A stretch of 64,000 nt of DNA from positions 6,505-70,504 of the forward strand of contig LJSU01000015.1 of NCBI GenBank assembly GCA_001314705.1. The letters run 5' to 3'. Positions 8,783 through 17,012 of this stretch are shown here, piece by piece. This DNA comes from Rhodobacteraceae bacterium HLUCCO07 (lineage in GTDB: Bacteria; Pseudomonadota; Alphaproteobacteria; Rhodobacterales; Rhodobacteraceae). The position numbers and the translations under genes were made by a program. Under the pieces are notes generated by a model, which saw only the letters and a list, made by a program, of their open reading frames with translations, did no database searches and was not told the origin of the DNA. How positions within the stretch are numbered: position 1 is the first letter of the stretch; each line of letters starts with the position of its first letter.

Positions 8783-10230
8783 CAGGCTCTCCAGAATTGA
8801 ACAGTCAACAGGACATAGACGGTCATGAGTTCCAGCCGCCCGAGAAACATGCCGAAGATCAGGATCCACTTGGCAGTATCATTCAGCGGCGCGAAATTTC
8901 CCGCGGGGCCGATGATGTCGCCCAGACCCGGGCCGATATTGGCGATGGCCGTCGCCGCACCGGAGACCGAGGTGACGAAATCGAGACCGGTGAGCGACAA
9001 CGCGACCGCCAGAAGCCCCAGCGTGACGATGAAGAAGACGAAAAAGCTCATCACCGAATTGAGCACATCATCGGTGACGCGGCGCCCCTCGAAATGCGGG
9101 TCGAACACGCCATGGGGATATATCGTGCGCCTGAGCTGGGCGCGGATCGAGGAAAACAGGATCTGGTAGCGGAACACCTTGACCGAGCAGGTGGTCGAGG
9201 CGGAACAGCCGCCGATCAGGCCGACGAAGAAGAAGAGCGTGACGAGGAAGGCGCCCCACGCCATGTAGTCGACCGAGGCATATCCCGTGCCAGACAGGAT
9301 CGAAACGATGTTGAACAGCGCCTCGCGGAATGCCTGTTCATGGTGTTGCGGGAAAACCGTTGTGAGAACGATCGTCGTGACCCCCACAAGCACGGCAATG
9401 ATCGACAGGAAAGTTCGCACCTGGGTATCGCGAAACAGCGGTGTGGAATGGCCGTTGAGCATCTGCACGTAGCGCACGAAAGGCAGCGCCGCGAGGATCA
9501 TGAAGAGCGTCGCGGCATATTCATGCGGGCCGGAGAAGACCCCGAAGGAGGCGTCGTAATTGGCGAAACCGCCGGTCGAAAGCGTGGTCAGCGCATGCAC
9601 CGTGGCGTCGAATGCATTCATCCCGAGCAGGAGGTAGGTCAGCATGCATGCCATGGTAAGACCGACATAGATGACCGAGATCTGCCGCGCGATGGCGGTC
9701 GCACGGGGCAGGATCTTGCCCATCGTGTCGAACGCCTCGGAGCGGAAGACCTGCATCCCGCCGACCCGCAATTCGGGCAGGAACACCATGGCGACGACGA
9801 TGATCCCGATCCCGCCCAGCCATTGCAGGATGCCGCGCCAGAGCAGGATGCCCTTGGGCAGGTCGTCAAGCCCCGAGATGACCGTCGAACCCGTGGTGGT
9901 CAGGCCCGACATCGCCTCGAAGAACGCATCGGTAAAGCCCAGCCCCGTCGCCCCCAGCATGAGCGGCAGCGCGCCAAAGACCGGCAGGGCCAGCCACACC
10001 CCCGAGGTGAGCAGGAAGGTCTGCTGGGTGGTCAGCCCCTCGCGCACGCCATTGCGGCAGGCGAGCGCCACGAGCGTACCGACGAGGATCGTCAGCACGG
10101 CAGCCTCGGCAAAGGCCGGCCAGTGACCGCGCCCTTCGGCCAGATCGACCAGGAGCGGCGGGACCATGAACAGGCCGAGCGTGGCCACCAGGAGGCCGAT
10201 CACATATCCAACGGGGCGCATGTCGATCAT
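8782..10230 (-). CDS. trkH: Trk-type potassium uptake protein TrkH
   Basis: ORF 8782..10266. Polytopic membrane protein with TrkH-like segments (FEAMSGLTTTGSTV, LSTGGFANYDAS, SILSGTGYAS, GPGLGDIIGPAGNF). Start set at MIDMRPVGYV. ATG 10221 is an alternative start. Confidence 0.85.
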   Translation of the reverse strand: MIDMRPVGYVIGLLVATLGLFMVPPLLVDLAEGRGHWPAFAEAAVLTILVGTLVALACRNGVREGLTTQQTFLLTSGVWLALPVFGALPLMLGATGLGFTDAFFEAMSGLTTTGSTVISGLDDLPKGILLWRGILQWLGGIGIIVVAMVFLPELRVGGMQVFRSEAFDTMGKILPRATAIARQISVIYVGLTMACMLTYLLLGMNAFDATVHALTTLSTGGFANYDASFGVFSGPHEYAATLFMILAALPFVRYVQMLNGHSTPLFRDTQVRTFLSIIAVLVGVTTIVLTTVFPQHHEQAFREALFNIVSILSGTGYASVDYMAWGAFLVTLFFFVGLIGGCSASTTCSVKVFRYQILFSSIRAQLRRTIYPHGVFDPHFEGRRVTDDVLNSVMSFFVFFIVTLGLLAVALSLTGLDFVTSVSGAATAIANIGPGLGDIIGPAGNFAPLNDTAKWILIFGMFLGRLELMTVYVLLTVQFWRA

Positions 10231-10305
10231 GCGCAGAGCGTTGGGAGTTTCCGCGCGCGCTGTCAAGCGGGATCGGAGCGCCTCACCGGCGCGGCGCGGA
10301 GCGGC

Positions 10306-10530
10306 TCAGACGTAGTAGAGATCGCGGAAGACGTGACGCACGATGTCCTCGCGTTTGAGGCCCATCTGCGCCAGTTCGGCATCGGAGCGGGCTTCGAGCG
10401 CGTCGATCCGGTCGCGGCGCGAGCGAACATGGGAATAGGCTTCAAGCCTGCCCATGAGGGATGTCAGCCAGCGGCCCACGCCTGTGCGGACGCTATCGGC
10501 GATCGAGATTTGAGATGTGATATCAGCCAT
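10306..10530 (-). CDS. DUF1127 domain small protein
   Basis: 74 aa. The C-terminal RSRRDRIDALEARSDAELAQMGLKREDIVRHVF fits the DUF1127 signature (Arg-rich segment followed by LxDIGLxRxDI). Confidence 0.75.
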   Translation of the reverse strand: MADITSQISIADSVRTGVGRWLTSLMGRLEAYSHVRSRRDRIDALEARSDAELAQMGLKREDIVRHVFRDLYYV

Positions 10531-10714
10531 TTTGGAAACCTTTCCTGAAGTCGGTCAGATCGTGGTTTCCTCCCTGCTCATCAAGATAGGGGATAAATGG
10601 GTCAGCACCACTGACAAATATGCAACCCGGACTCCCGCCCCCTGCATGAGCCTTGGGCACCGCCAGGACGGTTTTCGCCGAAAGATCGGGCACGCGCTCT
10701 TGCGCGCCGGGTGT

Positions 10715-11809
10715 TCAGCCGACGTGGAAGAGCGTGGTGAAGAGCTTCGGGTCGAGGCTCGCGCTTTCGAACAATTCGCCCTCGGTCAGGATCGAGACGG
10801 CATCGTGGGAATGCAGCGATTCCTGGTGGCTGGCGACAACGCGGAAATCACCGATGCGCGGGTCGTTTTCCAGTTGCTGGGCGAAGAGCCGGGCTGCATC
10901 CTCTACGAAGATCGGATTGGCGGCATTGAGCTCGGCAAAGGCCTGCTCGTCCTCGCGTTTGACCATCACTTGCGTTTCGGTCGGCACCGCAGCGCGGGCC
11001 AGGTCGATGAGATCCTCGAACCACAGGCATTTCGCCGTGTCCCGCACCTCGACCGAGAGCCGCGCCACCGAGCGTTGCGAATGCGGCGTGGCCAGTTGCC
11101 CGCGCGCGGAGCGGGCATGTTCGGAAAGTTCGAGCGAACAGGGGCAGGTCGAGGAATAGACATAGTCGAGATGGATGATCTTGCGCCGCACCCCCGCCTG
11201 CTCGACGAGTTCGAGCGCGATGTCGTAATACTGATAGCCCGTGAGGCCGGAGCGCAGGCTTTGCACCTTCGTCGGGAAGGAAAGGCGCATCTGGATGCGG
11301 GCGTCGAAGCTTTCGAGATCGGACTTGTAATCGTCGAGCGCGGCCTCGATCACCTCGAAGCTGAAGGTCTTGTCGGCATGGACATAGAAGCTGCGCATGA
11401 TGCGGCTCATGTTGATGCCTTTTTTGCCGGCTTCGAGGCTGACGCTGCCGGTCACGGAGGTTTCCAGCGTCAGATCGCCGTTGTCACGGGTGTGAAACTG
11501 GATCGGCAGGCGGAAATTCGAGATGCCGACATGCTGGATCACGCGCCTGGCGCCGCGGATGAGGCTGGCCGGGCCATTCTGGAGATCGGGCAGCGTCGCC
11601 TTGTAGGCGGGCGAAACGATGAAGCCTTCGGGATAGTCGCGCGAAAACTCGGGGTATTCCGCGCCGGGGATCAGGCGGGCAAGCGCGGGATCGAGCTCGG
11701 CCCGTTCCGCGGGGCTGGCCTGTTCGGCCCATTGGCGCAGACGGGCGAGCGCGGTTTCGGCTTCGTCGCGCGTGGGTGCCTTGTCGATATCGGGCGTGAT
11801 CTTGTTCAT
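10715..11809 (-). CDS. folE2: GTP cyclohydrolase FolE2 (type IB)
   Basis: 364 aa. TLPDLQNGPASL...IQHVGISNFRLPIQF...GKKGINMSRIMRSFY...STCPCSLELSEH are characteristic FolE2/MptA blocks. Confidence 0.85.
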   Translation of the reverse strand: MNKITPDIDKAPTRDEAETALARLRQWAEQASPAERAELDPALARLIPGAEYPEFSRDYPEGFIVSPAYKATLPDLQNGPASLIRGARRVIQHVGISNFRLPIQFHTRDNGDLTLETSVTGSVSLEAGKKGINMSRIMRSFYVHADKTFSFEVIEAALDDYKSDLESFDARIQMRLSFPTKVQSLRSGLTGYQYYDIALELVEQAGVRRKIIHLDYVYSSTCPCSLELSEHARSARGQLATPHSQRSVARLSVEVRDTAKCLWFEDLIDLARAAVPTETQVMVKREDEQAFAELNAANPIFVEDAARLFAQQLENDPRIGDFRVVASHQESLHSHDAVSILTEGELFESASLDPKLFTTLFHVG

Positions 11810-11968
11810 GTGCCTGCCCCCCTATGGGCCGATGCTGCCAGTTGCAATGTAGTGCCGACACGGCAAAATTGCCAATGCTTATGCCGGGGTATACGCGAGG
11901 GGGCGGGCATGGATCAGTTTTTTGCGCCCCTGCCGCAAGGGAATGCGACGCGGCAACGGCGGAGCCTT

Positions 11969-11990
11969 GAGTATTTCCGGCAAGATGAAG
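11969..11990 (+). repeat. degenerate copy of the intergenic motif GAGTATTTTTSCCAAGAAAGA
   Basis: GAGTATTTCCGGCAAGATGAAG lies 19 nt from the metZ stop, next to the hairpin ACCGGGC-AG-GCCCGGT. It aligns to the three near-identical copies at 26886, 38795 and 58290. Confidence 0.45.
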
Positions 11991-12008
11991 GACCGGGCAG
12001 GCCCGGTG

Positions 12009-13190
12009 TCAGGCCCGGTCGAGCGCGCCCATCACGTCGGCGACGAGGTCGTCGGGGTCTTCGAGCCCCACGGAGAACCGGATCAGGCCCGGCGTGATGC
12101 CGAGCGCCGCGCGCTGATCATCGGTGAGGCGCTGATGCGTGGTCGTCGCCGGGTGGGTGGCGATGGATTTCGCGTCACCGAGGTTGTTCGAGATCACCGC
12201 GATTTCAAGCGCGTTGAGGAAACGGAAGGCCGCCGCCTGCCCGCCCTTGAGGTCGAGCGAGACCACGGTGCCGCCCTGTCCCGTCTGGGCGCGGACCAGG
12301 TCGTGTTGCGGGTGGCTGGCCAGGCCGGGAAAGAGGATGCGGGCCAGCTTGGCATGGCCTTCGAGCGCCTCGGCCAGTTTCAGGGCGCTGGCGGCCTGTG
12401 CGCGCACCCGCAGGTCGATGGTTTCCAGCCCCTTGAGCATGATCCAGGCGGTAAAGGGCGACATCGCGCCGCCGGTATGTTTCATGTAGGGTTCGACCGT
12501 CTTGCGGATGAAATCGCGCGTGCCGAGCACCACGCCGCCCAGCGCGCGGCCCTGCCCGTCGATATGCTTGGTCGCGGAATAGACCACCACGTCGGCGCCG
12601 AGCGCGATGGCGCGGGAAAAGACCGGGGTGGCAAAGACGTTGTCGACAATGACCAGCGCGCCGTTTTCGTGCGCGATGTCGGCCACCGCGCGGATGTCGA
12701 TCACTTCGAGTGTCGGGTTGGCGGTGGACTCGAAAAAGACGGCGCGGGTGCCGGGGCGGATGGCGGTGCGCCACTGGCCCGGATCGGTGCCGTCGACGAA
12801 TGTCACCTCGACCCCGAAACGGGGCAACAGGTCTTCGAGGATGTAAAGGCAGGAGCCGAAGAGCGCGCGGGCGGCAACAACGTGATCGCCGGCCTTGAGG
12901 CAGGACATGAGCGCGGCATTGACGGCGGCCATGCCGGAGGCGGTGGCAAAGGCATCCTCGGCCCCTTCGAGCCGGGCGATCCGCTCTTCGAACATCGCCA
13001 CGGTGGGGTTGCCGTAGCGGGCATAGATGAATTCGTCGGCACCGGCCTCGACAAAGCGGGCCTCGGCGGCTTCGGCGCTCTCGTAGACGAACCCCTGGGT
13101 GAGGAAAATCGCCTCGCTCACCTCGCCATATTGCGAGCGGCGGGTGCCGCCATGCACCAGTGCGGTTCGGGCATTCCATTTGTCGCTCAT
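12009..13190 (-). CDS. metZ: O-succinylhomoserine sulfhydrylase
   Basis: ORF 12009..13244. PLP-dependent Cys/Met metabolism family (YARYGNPTVAMFEERIARLEGAE...VVYSATKHIDGQGRALGGVV). Start at ATG 13190 (MSDKWNART) with AAGGAG 7 nt upstream. The longer ORF start would lie inside the leader terminator. Confidence 0.85.
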   Translation of the reverse strand: MSDKWNARTALVHGGTRRSQYGEVSEAIFLTQGFVYESAEAAEARFVEAGADEFIYARYGNPTVAMFEERIARLEGAEDAFATASGMAAVNAALMSCLKAGDHVVAARALFGSCLYILEDLLPRFGVEVTFVDGTDPGQWRTAIRPGTRAVFFESTANPTLEVIDIRAVADIAHENGALVIVDNVFATPVFSRAIALGADVVVYSATKHIDGQGRALGGVVLGTRDFIRKTVEPYMKHTGGAMSPFTAWIMLKGLETIDLRVRAQAASALKLAEALEGHAKLARILFPGLASHPQHDLVRAQTGQGGTVVSLDLKGGQAAAFRFLNALEIAVISNNLGDAKSIATHPATTTHQRLTDDQRAALGITPGLIRFSVGLEDPDDLVADVMGALDRA

Positions 13191-13221
13191 CACGCGCTCC
13201 TTTCGGGGGCGGACCCCCATG

Positions 13222-13256
13222 AAAAAACCCCCGGTCGCGGTCATGCGACGGGGGGC
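13222..13256 (-). terminator. intrinsic terminator-like hairpin in the metZ leader (attenuator)
   Basis: The minus strand reads CCCCCCGUCGC-AUGACC-GCGACCGGGGG followed by UUUUUU. This is two 5-bp stems with one C/C mismatch. It sits between the SAM-II aptamer and the metZ SD. Confidence 0.5.
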
Positions 13257-13261
13257 AGCCC

Positions 13262-13325
13262 TGCGATGACCTCTTTAGCGGCATGTTTAACGTGGCCCGC
13301 AATCCGGTAACAAATCGCCACGGGG
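13262..13325 (-). promoter_or_regulatory. SAM-II (metA-type) riboswitch aptamer
   Basis: The minus strand reads GUGGCGAUUUGUUACCGGAUUGCGGGCCACGUUAAACAUGCCGCUAAAGAGGUCAUCGC. The CGAUUU, GCCACGUUAAAC and CGCUAAAG blocks match my recollection of the alphaproteobacterial SAM-II consensus. Its location upstream of a methionine biosynthesis gene fits. Confidence 0.7.
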
Positions 13326-13465
13326 TGCGTTTAATCGCGGGACGCTCGCGCGTCAATTCGATTCGTGGCGCCCTGGTAACGTCATGGATTTGTAATCCAT
13401 GTTTCACGCGGGTTTCATGGGGCTGCGCGATAGCAGACCCACAAGATGTTGTGGGAGCAGGTCGG

Positions 13466-14413
13466 ATGCCTGTGATCCGGGTGAATTCTGCCGATGCGGG
13501 GCTGGTGCTGCATCGCGCCGAGGGATCGGCAGAGGCCGCGCTGGCCCGGGCCGCGCGGGACAGCACCGGGCCGGTGATCGTGATGGTGCACGGATTCAGT
13601 TTCCGGCCCGGATACGGGGCACATTGCCCGCATGCGCATATCCTGGCGATGGAGGACGGCCCGAGCTGGAAGGCGAAAAGCTGGCCCCGGGGGCTGGGAT
13701 TCGGCAGCGGCACGGCGGATGAGGGGCTTGGCCTTGCCTTCGGCTGGGAGGCGCGCGGCACGATCTGGGATGCCTATCGCCGGGCCGCGCTTGCCGGGCG
13801 GGCACTGGCGCGCGCGTTGCGGGTGATCCGCGCGGCGGCGCCGGGACGGACGGTGCATGCGATCGGTCACAGCCTTGGGGCGCGGGTGGTCATGCGGGCC
13901 ATGGCGCAGCTTGAGCCGGGCACGGTCGGGCGGGCGATATTGCTCAACCCGGCCGAGTTTCGCAGCGCGGCCGAGGCGGCGCTGGCGCGGGGCGCGGGCC
14001 GGCGAGCCGACCTCATCGCGGTCACGGGGCGCGAGAATGCCGGTTTCGACATGATGCTGGAACGGCTGGTCGGCCCGGTGCAGCGGCGGCGTTTGAAACC
14101 CGGTGACCGGGTGCTGGGGCGCGTGCCGCTCGATGGGCCGAGACGGGTGACGCTGCGCCTCGACCAGCAGGACGTGGTCGAGCGGCTGGCGGCGCTGGGT
14201 CATCCGCTGGGAGAGACGCGGCCGGCAGTCTGTCACTGGTCGCCCTATCTGCGCCGGGGTGCCTTGCCGCTCTATGCGACGCTGATGCGGCAGGCCGACG
14301 CGATCCCGCTCGACGCGCTGCGGGTGGCCGCGCCCGAGCCGCCCCGGGGCGCGGCGGTCACGTGGCGGCCGTCGCTCGCGCTCTTGCCAATGGGGCGAAA
14401 TGCGCCATCATGA
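13466..14413 (+). CDS. alpha/beta hydrolase fold protein
   Basis: ORF 13283..14413. VIVMVHGFSFRPG and the nucleophile elbow HAIGHSLGARVVM are present. Start taken at ATG 13466 (MPVIRVNS), preceded by GGGAGCAGG. Confidence 0.65.
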   Translation: MPVIRVNSADAGLVLHRAEGSAEAALARAARDSTGPVIVMVHGFSFRPGYGAHCPHAHILAMEDGPSWKAKSWPRGLGFGSGTADEGLGLAFGWEARGTIWDAYRRAALAGRALARALRVIRAAAPGRTVHAIGHSLGARVVMRAMAQLEPGTVGRAILLNPAEFRSAAEAALARGAGRRADLIAVTGRENAGFDMMLERLVGPVQRRRLKPGDRVLGRVPLDGPRRVTLRLDQQDVVERLAALGHPLGETRPAVCHWSPYLRRGALPLYATLMRQADAIPLDALRVAAPEPPRGAAVTWRPSLALLPMGRNAPS

Positions 14414-14435
14414 CGCCCGATAAGGGAGTTGTGCC

Positions 14436-15143
14436 ATGACCGAACCTGTCGAGCTTTATTTCTGGCCCACGCCGAACGGGTGGAAAGCCTCCATCGCGCT
14501 GGAGGAGATGGGGCTGCCTTACGCGGTGAAGCTGGTCAATATCGGCAAGGGCGCGCAGTTCGCGCCGGAATTCCTGGCGATTTCGCCCAACAACCGGATG
14601 CCGGCGATCGTCGATCCCGAAGGGCCGGGGGGCGCGCCGGTCTCGGTGTTCGAATCCGGCGCGATCCTGATGTACCTGGCGCGCAAGACGGGGCGGTTCT
14701 ACGGGTCATCCGAGCGCGAGCGGATCGCGGTCGAGGAATGGCTGATGTGGCAGATGGGCGGTGTCGGGCCGATGGCGGGGCAAGCGCATCATTTCCTCAA
14801 ATATGCGCCGGTGATGGACCCGCCGCAGGTGCTTCCCTATGCGCAGGACCGCTATCGCGGCGAAGTGGCACGGCTCTACAAGGTGCTCGATACGCGGCTG
14901 GCGGAGAACGAATACGTTGCGGGCGATTTCTATTCGATCGCCGACATGGCGATCTGGCCCTGGGCGTCGCTCTGGGAGGGGCAGCAGCAGACATTGGACG
15001 ACAAGCCGCATTTCGCCCGCTGGCTGGAGGCGGTGGGCAGCCGTCCGGGGGTCAAGGCGGGCCGGGCGCTTCACGCCGAGCTGCGCCAGACCCCGCAGGA
15101 GAACAAGGAGAGCCACGGAGTTCTCTTCGGTCCGAAGGGATGA
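14436..15143 (+). CDS. glutathione S-transferase, Nu-class (YfcG/YghU-like)
   Basis: 235 aa. LYFWPTPNGWKASIALEEMGLPY...ISPNNRMPAIVDP...VFESGAILMYLARKTG...WLMWQMGGVGPMAGQAHHF. Confidence 0.85.
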   Translation: MTEPVELYFWPTPNGWKASIALEEMGLPYAVKLVNIGKGAQFAPEFLAISPNNRMPAIVDPEGPGGAPVSVFESGAILMYLARKTGRFYGSSERERIAVEEWLMWQMGGVGPMAGQAHHFLKYAPVMDPPQVLPYAQDRYRGEVARLYKVLDTRLAENEYVAGDFYSIADMAIWPWASLWEGQQQTLDDKPHFARWLEAVGSRPGVKAGRALHAELRQTPQENKESHGVLFGPKG

Positions 15144-15414
15144 GGGGGAGAAGGGCGTGCTTTCCTTGATCGAAGTCACCGCCGCCCGGAACGGCGGCAA
15201 AGCCGCCCGGGCAGCACAGGGCCGCCCCGACGGCCCGGTGCTTTGGATGAGGCGCGCATGGCTTCGAGCTGGGAAAGACGTTGCTGGATCAAGTGCGCGA
15301 CGCCAATGGTATGAGCACCGGGCCGCGGCCCTGTGCGGCCCTGTCGTTTGGCATCGGTTGAATCCGACCTGGTGCAACATGCGATAGAGCGCCATCGAGC
15401 GGCAGACCTGCGAC

Positions 15415-16032
15415 TCAGGCTTGCGAATCCTCGTCACCCTCGCCGGTGCCGTGATCGCGGAAAAGGCCGCCCTGGGTCATGAAGAAGATGAAGATCGCGG
15501 CGGTGAGGCCGAAGGTCTTGAAATTGACCCAGGCGGCTTCGGACATCAGGCGCCAGACCAGTTCGTTGGCAATGGCGAGGCCGAAGAAGAAGAACATCAA
15601 CCGGCGGGTGAGGATGATCCAGCCCTCGTGGGTGAGGGGCACCATCGTGTCCATCACCACCCGCAGGAGCGATTTGCCACGCAGGAGACCGAAACCGAGG
15701 ATGCCGCCAAAAACGAGATAGAGGATCGTCGGCTTCATCTTGATGAAGCGCGGATCGTTGAGCCAGACCGTGAGCCCGCCGAAGATCACCACCAGCACCA
15801 GCGTGAAGAGTTGCATCCGGCTGAGATGGCCGGTGAGTTTCCACAGGATTCCGGTGCTCAACATCATCAGCGGCACGAACCCCGCCGTCACCAGGATGAA
15901 TCCGGAATAGTCGGTGCCCGCGATGGTAAAAACATGATCCTTGAGCCAGAGATAGGCGACGAAAAAGGCCAGAACCGGGCCCAGTTCGAGGGCCATTTTC
16001 AGCATCGGGTTGATTTCTCGCGGCTCTGCCAT
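15415..16032 (-). CDS. yciB: septation/intracellular septation protein A family (YciB/IspZ)
   Basis: ORF 15415..16062. Five hydrophobic segments and the LELGPVLAFFVAY...KMKPTILYLVFGGILG pattern typical of YciB. Start at ATG 16032. Confidence 0.8.
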   Translation of the reverse strand: MAEPREINPMLKMALELGPVLAFFVAYLWLKDHVFTIAGTDYSGFILVTAGFVPLMMLSTGILWKLTGHLSRMQLFTLVLVVIFGGLTVWLNDPRFIKMKPTILYLVFGGILGFGLLRGKSLLRVVMDTMVPLTHEGWIILTRRLMFFFFGLAIANELVWRLMSEAAWVNFKTFGLTAAIFIFFMTQGGLFRDHGTGEGDEDSQA

Positions 16033-16045
16033 GGGTGTGTCGCTC

Positions 16046-16948
16046 CTATCCACCCAACTCAACTATCACGGCTCCGGCGGCGATCAAGGCCATAAGGGCG
16101 ATTCGACGCGGGCCGGTCCTTTCGCCCAGCATAAGCCAGGCGATGAGGGCGGCGAAAACGGTCGAGGTTTCGCGCAGCACCGCCGCCTGCCCGACCTTGT
16201 CGAGTCGCGTGGCCATCATGATCGAGCCGAAGCTGGCAAAGGCGATGAGCCCGCCCAGCACGCCCATGCGCAAGAGAGGCGCCAGCGGTGGTGGCGAGAG
16301 CATCGCGCGGTAGCGCAGCCCGGCAATCACCGGAAAGGTCAGCCCGTCGATGAAGAAGAGCCAGGCAAGGAAGGTGAACGGGTCGGCCGTGGCGCGGATA
16401 CCGTATGCATCCCACGTGGTATAGAGGGCCACGAAAAGCCCGGTCACCACCGCCAGTCCGAGTGCCAACGGCATGGTGTCGCGATCGAGCGTGATCGTGC
16501 GCAGGTTATAAAGCGCAAGCCCGTAGATACCGGCAAGGAGCGTCGCCACCCCCGCCCATTGCACCGCGTTGAAGACCTCGCCGAAGAGCAGCCACGCGCC
16601 GAACACGGTGAAAAGCGGGCCGGTGCCGCGCACCACCGGGTAAACGACCGTGTAGGCGCCCTTGGAATAGGCCTGGGCCTGCAGGAGCTTGTAGACGGTG
16701 TGGATCACGTAGGCGGCGGCGAAGATCGGCCACATGTGCGGCTCGGGCCAGGGCACGACGAAAAGCGCGAAGGGGGCTGCCATCAGGCCATAGGCACCGT
16801 CGATCGACCCGCGCGAGAGCCACGGATCATAGCGCCCCTTTTGCAGCGCGCCGAAGATCGCGTGCAGGAGCGCCGCGCTCAGTGCCAGGAAGGTGGCAAG
16901 CTGCTTGCCCGCCGCGGTGCCTTCCAGGGAGATGAGCCAGTCGCTCAT
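16046..16948 (-). CDS. DMT superfamily (EamA-like) transporter
   Basis: 300 aa with about ten TM segments and two EamA-like halves. Confidence 0.8.
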   Translation of the reverse strand: MSDWLISLEGTAAGKQLATFLALSAALLHAIFGALQKGRYDPWLSRGSIDGAYGLMAAPFALFVVPWPEPHMWPIFAAAYVIHTVYKLLQAQAYSKGAYTVVYPVVRGTGPLFTVFGAWLLFGEVFNAVQWAGVATLLAGIYGLALYNLRTITLDRDTMPLALGLAVVTGLFVALYTTWDAYGIRATADPFTFLAWLFFIDGLTFPVIAGLRYRAMLSPPPLAPLLRMGVLGGLIAFASFGSIMMATRLDKVGQAAVLRETSTVFAALIAWLMLGERTGPRRIALMALIAAGAVIVELGG

Positions 16949-17012
16949 GCGCGACCCGCGCCGCGTATTCCCATACGAGATGAAGGAAGGATCGAGAGGT
17001 CGGGCACGAAGA

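Noticed and set aside
8779-8784. TGATG overlap coupling trkH to the ThDP-dependent enzyme gene, considered as a hint of a functional link.
   Set aside because: Start/stop overlaps are frequent throughout this compact window (azlCD, the ABC permeases, AKR/FAD, ACAD/MBL). On their own they do not imply shared function.
15209-15225. The 17-mer GGGCAGCACAGGGCCGC is repeated exactly at 15209-15225 and 20322-20338, both in convergent spacers.
   Set aside because: It is GC-rich, so a chance match is plausible at this window size and base composition. The first copy is half of a terminator-like hairpin, but the second does not fold the same way. There are only two copies.
15144-15414. A 270-nt convergent spacer between the GST gene and yciB. 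One frame reads VLSLIEVTAARNGGKAARAAQGRPDGPV..., and two hairpins (15213-15242 and 15318-15337) are present. It could be a gene remnant or a small gene.
   Set aside because: The coding-like third-position GC fades after about 30 codons. There is no start with an SD and no recognisable family. I cannot distinguish a pseudogene fragment from terminator-rich spacer without a database search.
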